Of a stretch of 64,000 nt of DNA, positions 14,113-27,949 are shown in pieces. The stretch comes from Octopus vulgaris. Taxonomy: Eukaryota. Position 1 is the first letter of the stretch. Each line of letters opens with the position of its first letter. A program made the translations under genes and the position numbers. The notes under the pieces are model-generated. The model saw only the letters and a list, made by a program, of their open reading frames with translations. It did no database searches and was not told the origin of the DNA. The stretch covers positions 72,292,001 through 72,356,000 of the forward strand of contig OX597817.1 of assembly GCA_951406725.2 (NCBI GenBank). Reading direction: 5' to 3'.

Positions 14113-14611
14113 TGTATAAAGATTTATACACAGACAGAAGACCCTTGGCGGGACTTCTTACATGCTAAAAAGGTCAGTTAAACCCAAACCGTGAAAAAAT
14201 AATTCTTAAGGCGCGCTGTTATTGGAATTAGATTGAACAAAATAAAAAATTAGTTAATCCCATACTCGAGTTTCGTTATTATTAACGAAATAAATGAATT
14301 TGGCATTCGTAGCTCGTCAGTGGGATCGATAAAAATGCATAATTATGTAGCTTTAATACGTACCGAAAACACGTGCGCTAGACAGCTCCATCTTTATACA
14401 TTATGGATTCAAATTTAGTGCGCGAGCGTAGTCAAATAGTCCAACACTAAATAAATTTAAACTATGGGGTTAATTAATTTTTTATTTTGTTCACTCTAGT
14501 GCCATTAACAGCGTGCCTTAAGAATTATTTTGGGTTTGGGTTTAACTGTCCTTTTTAGCATAAGAAGTCCTGACAAGGGTCTTCTCTCTGTGTATAAATC
14601 TTTATGTACTC
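14110..14611. mobile_element. MITE with ~155-bp imperfect TIRs (GAG...CTC ends)
   Basis: gagtgtataaagatttatacacagacagaagaccctt... is mirrored by ...aagggtcttctctctgtgtataaatctttatgtactc; sits in TA-rich sequence. Confidence 0.85.
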
Positions 14612-14719
14612 TTATATATAAAAAATATGCTATGTCTTATGGCTCTTATTTTCTAAGTTTATTTCAGGACAGTTTTTGTTTTGTTTTTTTGTTTTTTAGA
14701 TGGCATTGTAAATTGTTTT

Positions 14720-16775
14720 AACAACAACATCTTGCCGCATAGGGAGGTAGTACCGTGACGACATTTTAGGACAGCTGCCAATCACATGCGTAATGTCTTC
14801 CACAGAAACATCACACAGCCTATACACGCGGTTGGGATTACAAATTCGTCACTGTCTCTCTTGTTCACCAGGTACTTTGTAGCAATTTCCGGTTCTTGGA
14901 TTGCAAACGCATAGCCTTCAAAGTGTGATGTAGTGGTCTTGTGTCCAAGAGAGGCTGCGCTTTGTTTCAATTTTACTGTCTTCTTCAAGCTTCTGGGCAA
15001 CATACCCATGCCTGATCTTTTTATTTTTGCATGCTGAGTGCTTTCCATCCAGGTCTTCTCTGAGGTAAGGGAGCACAGTTGTTTTAAGGCTGTATAGGAG
15101 ATCATCAGGAAGGTAGTGTTTCTGGAGGAGTTCACTTCAACTCGTATTATGTTGCTAACTTCACTTTTCAGGGCTGCATCAATATATTTATTTTTTCCTG
15201 CTGTTGTTTAGCTGCTGCTGCCTGAGTGATACCATACGGCATTCGAAGGCCGTCTGCGCTGATCTCAGGCATCTACCACCTTCATTTCTTCTTAGGTAGA
15301 GCCTGTCAACATCACTGTTTCTGTGGAAGTTCCCAGTTGTTGTCAGGATTTTGCAGGTTTTGATATCTATAGAGTGGATTTCCTCTACAGACCAATCAAA
15401 TATCCCAAATGTTGGGATCAGCCCTGGTAATGAAAATGCATTGTGGGATATTGTTTGTTGTAACAGGAGAGTTCTGACTGCTATATTTTCCCGAGTCTGG
15501 TGCAATATTCTTGGGTTGCTCTATCTTTATTCACAGTGCCTTCATATGATACATTTTCGTCTATACCTAGGCACTTGTATCATTCTTTCTGTGGAATGGA
15601 GAAACTGTAAATGCACAGGTTTTGTGTTTGGGGGATTGACTTTCCTCGTTCTATAACCAAATATGAACATCAGTTTTGGCCAAATGCCATACCTATATCA
15701 TCAGCTGAAAATGTTATTAATTCCAGTTGTTTTTTGACATTGTTAACACTTTTAACATAAATATTCAAGTCGTCTGCAAACAAATTATTAATGACATTGA
15801 TATTTCTAGCAGTTGAAGATCCTCGCATGTAACCATTTTGTTTCTGCAATAGGAACGATAATGGATTCAGTGCCAAAATTAAAAGAATTGCAGAAAGAAT
15901 ATCTCCCTGAAATATTCCCCTTGCAATGACTGTACTATTAGAAACAATTATTCTTTTCTCAGTTGTAAGGATACGAATAGTTGTGCATGTCTTTGTGGGT
16001 ATCTCTATAGCAACAATTAAGGTCATAGGTACTTTTACCAGATGTAGACACTTCAACAGCTATGAATGGGAGATAGATTCGAATACCTTCTTATAGTCAA
16101 GCCATACTGTAAACAAGATTTCTGCGTTGTTTTCTTACTTCAGACAGTACAGCTTTGTTTATTAAAAGTTGTTTGGAACTTCCCCACACTCCCTTCTTCC
16201 CACCAGCCTGTTCATCAGTCACAATCTTGTTCGACTCACAATGGTCCTGGGGGAAATGATTGAGACAACTTGTGTACAGTTCGTACATAATGTTTAGGCA
16301 AGCAATGGGCCTGTAGTTTACTGCCATCTTGGTGAATTCATTTTTGGCAACAAGATTTGTCCTTGTAGCAAGCCAATGTGGTATATCAGTCCGACCTTCC
16401 ATAGTCCTTTTGAACATACGTATCAATTGGTTTCTATAAAATGTCAGCTTCTTTTACCAATATCCAACTATTAGGTCCCTTCCCATTCTGCAGTTTGTCT
16501 ACTGCTATAGCGAAGGTTTCTGCATCAATTTTGTATGTTTTACTCTTAGTGTTGGTACAGTATTCTGTTGGGTCGCTCTCTCTTTATTCACAGTGCATTC
16601 ATATGATACATTTTTGTCTATGCCTAGGTACTTGTAACATTCTCTCTCCATTGTAGTTAATCATGATGCATTCAGGTTGAAATCCTTCTTTTCGTTCCAA
16701 ATTTTTGATCAGAATAATTGTCGATCTTCTTGGAGGGAGCTTTCTTAATGGTAATATTTTCCTTCCTCATCTCTC
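14720..16775 (-). mobile_element. R4/Dong-like (RLE) LINE remnant
   Basis: NYRPIACLNIMY, QLLINKAVLSE, RGIFQGDILSAILLILALNPLS, LFADDL, DRLYLRRNEGGRCL, FAIQEPEIATKY. Confidence 0.9.
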
Positions 16776-16785
16776 TGTATGTATG

Positions 16786-16816
<31 letters not shown>

Positions 16817-17362
16817 TTGGTGTGCCCAATTGAAACAGCATTAAATTAAAATAGACATCAATATATCATACTAAATGCATATAGACCATTGACTTGCAAG
16901 TTACTGCGGTTTTCGTCCAACATAAAAGCTTTTTTGGACTGCAGCGTTTTAAAACAATATATATCAGAGACACAGACGAAAAACCATCCCCGCATCGACT
17001 AGTGAGAACACCAGATATATTTCGACCTTTTTCAACTTTGTCAATGAAGCATACACGTAGCTAGCTATATATCTTGACGAGATTTGTAACCTTCTGTGCA
17101 GTAAAGAGTGAATGATATACCTACTTATATTGCGAATAGCCACTGAGCTGAATAAATAATCCGGTATATGCAATTGAAGCAATATTAAATTATAATAACC
17201 GCCTGTGTATCACACTTAATGTGAATATACTGTTGACAGGAATGGTACTGCAGTTTTCATCCGAGATAAAATCTGTTATGGACGTGCTGTGTTTAAAAAC
17301 ACATGGTGTAGGTATGGCTATGTGATTAACAGGCTTTTAGGGCAAAATTCACGCTTATTTAC

Positions 17363-17464
17363 ATCGCTGATGGTCGAGGGTCCATCTCCGATGAGACCAA
17401 GGAAAGTGGAAATCATGTAATCTAGTAGTCTCGGCGCTGGACTTGGTGGGGATTCATCTCCCCG
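17363..17464 (-). CDS. Weak candidate exon (102 nt, phase 0 to 0)
   Basis: Unique GC-richer island; acceptor ttgttcacactgctag|CGG, open frame RGDESPPSPAPRLLDYMISTFLGLIGDGPSTISD, donor GAT|GTAAAT; phase fits exon 4108-4220. Confidence 0.25.
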
Positions 17465-17668
17465 CTAGCAGTGTGAACAAGCGTGCATTTTACATCAAAA
17501 TCCTATATGAAAGTTTCTCCCATGGTATCTACTACAGTAAAGTTTTTTTCTAAAAGAACATTCCCCGTTTAAGTGGGAATAAGCATTATCTCAAGATGTG
17601 TGTGTAAGAGAGAAAAAAGAGAGAGAAAAAAAGAAAGTGTATGTATGTCTGTGTGTGTGTATGTGTGT

Positions 17669-17750
<82 letters not shown>

Positions 17751-17948
17751 ATACTTTCCAATTTATCTCATAAATTGGATTGCAGCCATGTTGGGCTATC
17801 GCCTTGAAATGTTTAATCAATCAAATCGACCCAGTATTTATTTTGAATTCTGTATGTAATCTATCAATCACTACAAATTTACGCGGATGTACACTATCAG
17901 TAGTTGCCAAGCGGTGAATAATGGAAACAACATGAAGCAAATACACAT

Positions 17949-17986
<38 letters not shown>

Positions 17987-18224
17987 CTTTTTGCAGTAGT
18001 CCTTCAGTTTTTCTTAGCCCTGTAAAAGAACTCGGAAGTTTGGACCTCCAGGCTGTCCTTTCGCGACACCCTCAAAACCAGGAACTTTTCAGCACTCCCA
18101 CGTACTTACATCAAAGGTGTATTATAGCCAGATCTTTCGCAGAAGATGCTTGCCAAATGTTCTGCATTGCTCATGTGATTTGAACTTCGTCCCCACAGGT
18201 TCTGGAGTATGCATGTATATATGT

Positions 18225-18428
18225 GCATTCTTTTATTCTTTTACTTGTTTCAGTCATTTGACTGTGGCCATGCTGGAGCACTGCCTTTAGTCTACCAAAT
18301 CCATTCACAAGGCTTTGGTCGGCCCGAGGCTATAGTAGAAGACACTTGCCCAACGTGCCACGCAGTGGGACTGAACCCGAAACCATGTGGCTGGTAAGCA
18401 AGCTACTTACCACACAGCCACTCCTGCG
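18225..18428 (-). mobile_element. SINE family A, internally deleted copy
   Basis: Reverse complement of the head (cgcaggagtggctgtgtggtaagtagcttgc) joined directly to the tail (cagtcaaatgactgaaacaagtaaaag). Confidence 0.85.
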
Positions 18429-18471
18429 TAATTACACTCACTCATACACACATACACTCACATACACGCGC

Positions 18472-18502
<31 letters not shown>

Positions 18503-18565
18503 TGTATGTATGTATGTATGTATGTATGTATGTATGTATGTATGTATGCATGTATGTATGGCATT

Positions 18566-19340
18566 AAGTGGAAGCACTGCTTCAGTGATCTTGAAATATT
18601 GGAAGGCTCTCGGTGTGAAAGTATAGAAGCTCTTGTGTTAAAGCAAAGGCTCAGATGGAGTGGTCATCTGGTCAGGATGAAGGATTCAAAGATGCCAAAA
18701 CAACTCTTTTATGGAGAGTTAGCTAAAGGAGAACGACCTCCACATAAACCAAAAAAGAGGTATAAGGACTTGCTGAAGGCTTCCTTAAGAGATGCTTGCA
18801 TCTCTCCTGACACATGGGAAGGCATAGCTATTGATCGTAGCAGGCGGAGAAGGATTGTGCATGAGGGGACAGTCACTTTTGAGAAATCTCGAGTTGCACA
18901 TGAGAAAGTAAGGAGGGATGTCAGGAAGGGCATCACTGTTACACTTCCAGAAAGGAAGGGTCTTCCTTTGATGCTGACATGCAATGTCTGTGCAAGACCC
19001 TGCCTCAGTAAAGCTGGACTCAAGAGTCATCTTCGTAGTCATAAAGCGAGACAGATGAGTGACAACCTGGCCAGTGGTGGTGGTGTAACACACCATACTA
19101 ATCATATCTGTTGGGCATGTGGAAGAGAGTGTAATTCAGCAGGAGGACTTAAACGACATGCAGGGGTAGATGAAGCCCAGTTACAACTACAGCCGGCTAT
19201 TACCGGTAAAGGTTTTAGTTGCCAATTCTGTACAAGACATTGTAGATCTTTAGCTGGGCTAAAAAGTCACATTTGATCACAACACCAGTAGCAGTTAAGC
19301 CTGGTGCAATGGCCATACTCGATAACGAGGGGGCAGCCAT
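18566..19340 (+). mobile_element. 5'-truncated RTE LINE 3' end with C2H2 zinc fingers
   Basis: RLRWSGHLVRMKDSKMPKQLFYGEL...PKKRYKD, then CNVC..LKSHLRSH, CWAC..LKRH, CQFC..LKSH; (TATG)n on both sides. Confidence 0.9.
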
Positions 19341-19499
19341 GATGTATGTATGTAATATATGAATGTATGTATGTATGTATGTATGTATGTATGTATGTAT
19401 GTATGTATGTATGTATGTATGTATGTACGTACGTGTGTTTGTTTGTGTGTGTTTCTGTATGTATGTATGTATGTATGTATGTATGTGCGTATGTATGCC

Positions 19500-19925
19500 A
19501 GCGGAACAGACATGGTTGTGCGGTTAAGAGATTAATTTGCAACCACGTTGATTCGAGCTGAATTCCACTTCTCGGCACTTTCGTCAAGAGTCTTCTGACA
19601 GCCCCAGTGCCTTGACAGTGAACTTGCTAGACGTAAAATCGGTGGAAGCCCACATTATATATTTACATATGTGTGTGTGTATGTGTTTGTGTTTGTGTGT
19701 ATGTTTGTGCTTGTATTGGTCCTACAGACACCCCCACTTGACAACCAGCGTTGGTTTGTATACGGTGCGTAAACTTAGCGGTTCGATTATATAGACCGAT
19801 AAATTAAGTACACTAGTAATAAAAACTTAGTAATATGAACTGGAGTCGATTTCTTACATTATACCATTTAAGGCGACGCCCCAGTACGACCTCAGACGAA
19901 TGACTGAAACAAGTTAAAGATATAA
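19500..19925 (+). mobile_element. SINE family A (diverged)
   Basis: Head ggttgtgcggttaagag..., body ttgacaaccagcgttggtttg, tail gaatgactgaaacaagttaaaga. Confidence 0.7.
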
Positions 19926-21093
19926 AGGTATATACGATTATAGCCGTTGACTACTGGTTTACGAATGGAACTTAGTGGTCGAAAACTGTGCTGAAGCCCG
20001 TTGCGTGTGCGGATGTGTGTATGCGTGTGTTTATTTATGTGCGTTTATCGCATGTTAAACTTTGTACTGTAACATATTATGTCACATAATTAGATTTTTG
20101 ACGAATATAGGTCGATAAAATATATACCAGCCTCAAAGATAAGTAATGAGTTCTATACTGTCCAGTATAGCCTCCAGTCAAATACTTCAGTATGGCCGTA
20201 GTCCAATGACTGAAGGCAGTAAATATTTTTTTCCCTTAGTCGCTTAGAATCACTGAATTTATCAGTCTAAGGGAGAAAACTAAGCGTAAAGTTTTACTAA
20301 TAGAAATTACACTTTATGTTATCTAATGCATTTTGTTGTCTAATAATATCTAATTATGATATATATTAAATGCTGTACATTTTTATAATTACGAAAAAAG
20401 AACTAATTATAAAGTAAATGAGAAAATAAACGTCGTTCTCAAAGTAACTTATACATAATTTGCTTTAAATCTATGAATGATCATTTCCGATAATGCAGTA
20501 TGAGTTACCTCCCTTATATTTCGCTATCTATTCATGTTTCTGTTTATAACTATTTCTGATTAAGGCACAATGCCTGAGATTTTAAAGAAAGAGGTTTCTT
20601 GATTACGTCGGCCTAAATAGAACACCGAGCAGACAGAATCATTAGCACGCCAGACAAAATGATTCGTCGCATTTCTTCCGGCTATACGTTTTGAATGTAA
20701 ATTCCGCAGATGTTCAACTTTGCCTTTTGTCCCTTCGGGGTCAATAAAAGAAGTACCAGATGAGCACTGAAGTCGGTATAATCTACTATTGTCCCTTCTT
20801 GCTTTAAATTTCAGACCTTCTACCTATTATAGAAATTGAATGGCTTATATCGTCAGCTGTACTCTTTCCGACACTGAAAGCCTTCTGCTTGAAGTAATAT
20901 GTTATAAAATATACACTTATCCTGTGGACGTAACAGATTAATGGAAACATTGAACTTGTATTTTCATTGTGTACCTAAACGCTGTCAGACATAGCACGAT
21001 GGTTATTCTTATACCCTGTAAGATAGCAATAATCGTGTAGCTGGAGCAATGAGCAGAATGGCCAAAATTCCGTGTGGCGTAGCATGTGTGTGG

Positions 21094-21180
<87 letters not shown>

Positions 21181-21193
21181 TGTGTGTGTGCGT

Positions 21194-21257
<64 letters not shown>

Positions 21258-21359
21258 GCACGTGTGTGCGAGCGTGTGTGCGATTGTACGTCCGTCTGTG
21301 TGCGTGCCCGCGCACACTGGTGTCTTTTGGAATGTTACATTGCTGAAATAGCTCCATTG

Positions 21360-22030
21360 AAACCCGAGTGAGCTATGTACGATACCGAGGGTATTAAGTT
21401 TTATTGTGTCCGCTGGGTGTGGAGAGACATGCTGAACAGAGCAGCTATTTCTGATAGGTCAGGAGGGAAATGCATATGCTACCTGAGGTTGTTGGCATAA
21501 AACTGGTGGAGTATGGACACGTTAGTAGAGTACGTGGCGGGAGTGAGCGTTGTGTGGTTCGCAGGTACTTGTCGGGTAGTTGCATTGAATCAATAGCCGG
21601 ACGACTCGGTAGGTGTAGAGACTGTTACAGAATTTGATAGAAATTAGTTTTGAAGGTAAAAAAAGATAAAGTGATCAAGTGTCATGAACTGAAAACTGCG
21701 ACTAATTTTCAGATTACTACCAATCTACATATATGATCTAGTGTCGGCGGCGGCGGCGGCGGCGGCGGCAGTAACTGGTATCCGAGTTGTAGAGTTGTAG
21801 CTAGTGATTGAGACTCTTCATCTTGAATGGTGCGAAGGGCTCTCGTATCTGAGGTGGCTGCTCAGACCAGGGAAGGTATAGAAGAGCCGGGGTCATTTAT
21901 GGCAGGGGAAAGTTTGTTGGGGGAGAGGAAGTGCGAGTCGCTCTTTGAGTCCTCGACGTCTGATCTTTGTCTCTTGGCGTGTGTTATTTTCCATCAGGCC
22001 TGTTCCCCCTGTCTATTGTATGGAGATATA
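21360..22030. other. Unique GC-richer island with (GGC)8; possible 5' UTR or promoter region
   Basis: Non-repetitive and CpG-richer than its surroundings; GGC tract at 21746-21769; no convincing ORF. Confidence 0.3.
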
Positions 22031-23049
22031 AAGAGTTCCCAATAATCTAATGGTGATGAATACATCAATTAAAGGCATTACTCTCACTTCAGACAGTCAT
22101 TATTCATAATTATCAACAAGGCCAGAATTGTTACTGCATTGTACAAAATGCTTAGCAATATTTCTCCCGGCTTTACGTTCTGAGTTCAAATGTCACCGAG
22201 GTCGAATTTGGTGTTCATCCTATCAGGGCCGATATAATTGATTTCAAATTTTGGCATAATTTCGGAGGAGAGAGTAAGTCGATTACCTCGAAAGGATGAT
22301 AGTGCAAGTCAACCTCACCGGAATTTGAACGCAGAACGTAAAGTCGAACGAAATACTTCCAGGCATTTTGCTCGGCTTGCTAACGGCCAGTTCGCCACCT
22401 TCAAGGTCGATAAAATAAGTACCAACTAAGCAGTTAGATCGATATAATCGACTACAGTCTTCCTCCAAAATATCAGCCCTTGTGCCAATAACAGAAAGGA
22501 TTATTCATTAATAACGGAACCCTTGAATATTTCACGGAATTAATAGTAAACTTATTGGGTTATTCCTGAAAACTTTATCCAAAAAGCCTGAAAGCGCAGC
22601 CTGTGTTGTATCTGTATCAAAAGATAATCGCTCATCTGCTATTCATTGAAAATCGAAGGAAATTGGAGTGCCATGGTTACTTAATGCACTTTATATATAT
22701 ATATATATAATGCACAATTTTATAGACTTAATACACAGCACTCATGAAGTAAATATTCTCTCTCCTCCGAAATTATGCCAAAAGCCAAAATTTGAAATCA
22801 ATTATATCGGCTCTGATAGGATGAAAGCCAAATTTTCCCCATAAACAGAAAAAATTAAAATTTAAAATTTACATGGTCACAATTTCATATCTAGAAAACA
22901 AAAATTATATAATAAAAGAAATAATTTTATATGTAAAATATAGGGGTCGCAACATGGCATACTCTGAAAACCACATCGCTGGTAACTTATAAGCCAAGGC
23001 GATGGGTCAGAGCCAATACACATTTCAATTTGCGTACAACTTTCAATCA

Positions 23050-23312
23050 AACTTTGCAAGCAATATTCTTCGTGTAAGTTCTCCCTCTTCTTTTCCCTTG
23101 TTTATCAGTGCTGATAACTTTAACTCTCACATCAGATAATTTGCAAGCCCTTGAGAACGCAACATATAGCTGACCATGGCCGAATACAGGTTCAGGCAAG
23201 AACAGCTTCATTTTATTAAATGTCTACCCTTGTGATTTATTGGTAGTAATTGCATATGACAGGCGAACGGGAAACTGGTTTCTTTCTAAAGTAAATGGTA
23301 AGTTTGGGATGC
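23050..23312 (-). mobile_element. Helitron PIF1-like helicase C-terminal remnant
   Basis: [52 protein letters not shown] matches the C-terminal motifs of Helitron RepHel helicase. Confidence 0.9.
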
Positions 23313-23466
23313 ACATGCGTTAAGTGATATGAAAACTTAGTTCAATAAAAAAAAAATTAGTTTTCAATATGCACTCACCATCGCCACCTCCACGAACGCG
23401 ACGACGACTACGACGACGACCACCACCACTACCACTATCTTCATCATCTCTCTCACTCTCTCTCTT

Positions 23467-23499
<33 letters not shown>

Positions 23500-24661
23500 G
23501 CCTTTCTTTAATCTCACCATCAGAACATCACCCCTCTGCTAAAATTATATTTCTCTCTTTTATATCACAACCTTCAACTAACTTTTTTAACCACGTAATA
23601 AATATTACGTTCCCCTACCACATGTCATGGATGCTTCTCTTTCCGTTTTTTTTCTCTCCCACTTTTTCTTTCTATCTCTGTCTTCCTCACTCTTCGCTTT
23701 ATCCTCCTTTTCTCTTTCCTTCTTTTCGTTCTCCCTCTTTTTCCATAATCACGTGAAAGCATTACCGATGGTCAAAGTAACGTAATGACAAGCAGAATTA
23801 TTATAAGATCATAAAGAACGGCGAGCTGGCAGAGTTGTTAAAGAGTCTGACAAAATACCATTACGACTTTTTACGGACTGGTTTCAAACCCTGCCTAGGT
23901 CAATTTTGCCGTTCATTCTCTCTAGGTCAATAAAATAAAGCACGAGTCAAGTACTAGAGTCGATGTAATTATTCTATTCCGTTCTCCTTAAAATTTTGGT
24001 CGTGTGATAAAGACAACAAATAGGGTCAAGCATGGTTAATTGATTTAACCCACCCCAGTACTTGACTGCTTTGGAATGAAATCGTCCTCAGTGGGATCCG
24101 AAATGGAAAGGCAAAGGGACGTGACTAAATTATATAAGGAATTTTGTCTGGCGCTCAATTTACTCTCCCATCCAACACGCGTATAATCAAAATTAATGCT
24201 TACTAGGATAGGTACAAGTTCACATTATCGATTGTGAAGAGTGATATTGTGAATTAGATCGCTGCTACATCTTGCCTGATACTTTGTTCTGTTAACCTCA
24301 AAAGAAGGAAATACAAAATGTATGCAGGCAGATTTTGAACTCAGCATAAACGTAGGCAACTAAATACAGTTTAGCGTTATGCAATCTCTACCAAGTTATT
24401 TAAGTAATAATAATAATAATAATAACAATAATAATAATAATATAATAATAATAATAATTTCTTACTAAAGCCACGAACTAGGCACGATTGATTGGTATTT
24501 TATTTTATCGATCCAGCAAGAATTTAAACAAAGTCGATGTCTGTAAGAATTTAACTCAGAATACTAAAGCGCATTTTAAGGCTTTACATGATGTCTCGAG
24601 ACCAATTGCTTTCTCAAAAGAGCGAAGATTTTTGAAAAATGTCCAGAAACCCCATCTAAAG

Positions 24662-25191
24662 ACTAAGTTTGGATAAAGTTTTTCCAAATATAATTTCACT
24701 TGACCAACACTATAGCAAATAAATAGGTCATCATTGTGTTCTTAACTTCACAAAAAATGGGTTTTATAATTACATTTTCTTCTTTAGCTAAACCTAAAAA
24801 GATTATGCTTACCTTTTACAATGTTTTGTCTCTGGAAACTTCATCGTCACTGTTAATGCTCTAGTTTCCAGCCATATGATTTTTGAGGCATATTCCTGAT
24901 TAGTGGACATTATTTACATTATTTACATTTGACGGATATTTGTCCTCATCTTGTTTGTTGTTAACACAACGTTTCGGCTGATATACCCTCCAGCTTTCAT
25001 CGGGTGTCTTGGGGAAATTTCGAAAATTCTTACTGTCAAGTCCAAGGAGAACCGCTTGACATAGGAAAAGAAGCTTCTGAACAAGATGAGGCATTCTGTT
25101 GAACCGCAGATGATCTGGTTCTTCTAAGAGAAAAATAACTTCTACCAGGACTAGTTGCATAACACCCAGAACAACAGGTGATTTTCCTATA
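24662..25191. repeat. ~530-bp dispersed direct repeat, copy 1
   Basis: Nearly identical to 29055-29587 (scattered substitutions, one 3-nt indel). Confidence 0.95.
24963..25008 (-). ncRNA. Minimal type I hammerhead-like motif (core mutated to CCGAUGA)
   Basis: GACAC CCGATGA AA GCTG-loop-CAGC C GAAA CG TT GTGTT. Confidence 0.55.
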
Positions 25192-26459
25192 TACACAATC
25201 GGCTAAAAGCCTCCATGGACCACTTAGTAGTTTAACTCCAGCGCCTGTTTTATTGTTTTACTATATTACTCTTTGTAGAGAATAGTGAAGTATTTTCTTG
25301 TTAATCTGTGTGGCTATGCAAGGTAGTTACCTTATGAGTAGCTTTGATCGATGGAAACTGTACAAAGCTCCAAAAATCACTGAGCAACTAATGTTGTTAT
25401 CTATTGTCATTCCCCTGTCAACGAATCGCCTCATATTAGAGTGGTTTAATTTAATTAAATAAAATATATTATAGTTTGATGAATGGGCATTTAATGAAAG
25501 TGTTGATCTTTAAAGGAAAAGTTTGAGTCCGTTTATTGTAAAGAGCTAAAATAAACAATAAATTTTCAAGGTTTGTAATAAATTAGAGTATTTACGTGGT
25601 TTTATGAAGAAAGTGAATTGCTTTCTCAAAATAACTTAGATTTAAAAACAAAAGCCAAATCTCTCTGAATGCTTGTAAAAGAGCATTATCTGCAAAAGGC
25701 CTCTATGGACCAAGTGATGGTGTTAAACCTGGTAACAGATGGATCAAATATACCAAACAAAATAAGAACTGTCTCTCCGACTGATCTGAGACTACGACAG
25801 AAAACACTCTTGCCAAAGGTGCGATGCATAGCAATAGAACCTGAAATGGTATACTTACAAACATGGCACGTAACTGGGTTAAATCTGATATTGCAATAAG
25901 AAGATGGTGTGCAGTGGATTCAAGTTCAAAAACTGCCTAAGAGAAAATGACGCGTAGTTGGACTGAAAATGAAATCTCGTAGCTGCGAAACGAAATTCTG
26001 AAATGGGCAGCCAATACCCTTGTCCATTCTATCACATTCTTATCAGAGAAAAAGAACATACTGTTTCCATAAAATACTTCCCAAGAAAAATTAATTTAAT
26101 ATTTCTGTAGCAAGCTGTTCATTATATTTTGCCCTAAAAGACTACGTTTCTGGAATGATGCAAACGTTTGGAATGGAGAAATATGTTTTGGATCTTTCTC
26201 AAATACGGTCTTTCAGGGTGGCATATGTGTTATATATAAGGAACCAGTTCCAAATGAAACATAACTGAAATACATTTATAAGTAGATTCCATTTACCTAT
26301 TTACTATTTTACAAGTAAACCGACTCTTTTAGCAGAATTAATAAGAACTTAAGGTTAACATTTGCTAATAGCTTGACTGGAGAAATGCCCATTTTTACTT
26401 TTACTCTTTTTCATTCGTATGTATCTTTTCTCTTCTTTGTTTCTTTCTTCTTCCTTTCA

Positions 26460-26503
<44 letters not shown>

Positions 26504-26513
26504 CTATCTCTCA

Positions 26514-26544
<31 letters not shown>

Positions 26545-26714
26545 CCTCTATCTATCTATCTATCTATCTGACTGTCCGCCTGTTTATCTCTCTATCTCTC
26601 TATCTGTCTAATCTATCTATTTATCTGTCTGTCTGTCTATCTGCCTATTTGTCTCTGTCCGTCCGTCCATCTATCTGTCTATCTATCTAAATCTACCTAT
26701 CTATCTATCTGTTC

Positions 26715-26772
<58 letters not shown>

Positions 26773-26921
26773 TACACACACACACAAAGTGTCCATTTAT
26801 CTCCTTCACATGCGCACATTTTTATTTCGCAATCTTTTAGCGATTTCCTTTCCATACACACACACACACACATACACACACTCACTCACATGCACCCACA
26901 TGCACATACATACAATCACAC

Positions 26922-26961
<40 letters not shown>

Positions 26962-27949
26962 TGGCCCTGAAAACAATTAACTATTCCTGAAGGTTACATT
27001 ACGGTTCAGTAATACACCAACATATTTGGAATTCTGGCAATATTCCATTTTCAATATTTAACTTTCTATTTGCCTTTTTCCTCTTCTCTTTCTCGAATAT
27101 AGAAACTTGTGTTTTCAAAGGATTTACGATAAAATTATTATCCTTATAGTAATAGCATACATTATTTAAAGCATCATTCGGGGTTATTTTATGAATGCCG
27201 CCGTATCTCTTCTGAATAAGCTGTATGAAACTAGGCAGAATCATTAAAACGTTGAGAAAACTGCTCGGTGACATCTATTCTGGCTCTTTGCATTTTGAGT
27301 TTAAATCCTACCGAAACCAACATTGTCTTTCATCCTTCCGGGGTCGAAAAATTAAACTGTCAGTCTAGTATTGGGTCCGATGGTATTTACTTACCCTCCC
27401 ATCTTAAAATTGCTAACCATGTACCTAAAAGAGGTACAAATACAATCGTATTTTCTTTACCCCGACGTTAGAGTCTTTGGCTGCATCTATTCCTAACCAC
27501 TTTTGACATCCCGCCTCCCATATCAAACCACTTACTGTAATTTTAATAGACAGGCTTGTATTTTATTTTCTCATTGAAATATAATTAACTTTATTCTTTA
27601 AAACTTATTAAATATATGTGTATATGCTTTATTTACTAATAAATACATTAAAAAGAACATTTAAATTGCCCAAAGTCAATCCCTATATCTTTCGAGAATA
27701 TCGCAACTAAACGAAGTATTTTCTTTATATTGTTTATATTTTTGGTATATATTTTTAGATCGTTCAGAAGGAAGCAATGAGTTCGGTTTATGCTTATGTC
27801 TTCTTATGAGCCAATCACATACTCTTCAAATTTTCTTTAACTGAAAAAACATGAGTTTTATTGAAAATATACACAAGATCATAGAAACAATGTTCCCTTG
27901 GAATATATCTTTCTGAGATAGTGTTTCCAACCAATTCGAATAGAACAAC

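Noticed and set aside
18960-19276. C2H2 zinc-finger host gene
   Set aside because: In frame with RTE RT C-terminal motifs and followed by a LINE tail; a second truncated copy lies at 43226
23050-23312. Exon of host PIF1 helicase
   Set aside because: In-frame stop and a Helitron-type motif string; no other helicase exons seen
24900-25196. 98-aa ORF repeated at 29293-29556
   Set aside because: Crosses the junction of two unrelated repeat fragments; its recurrence reflects the DNA duplication
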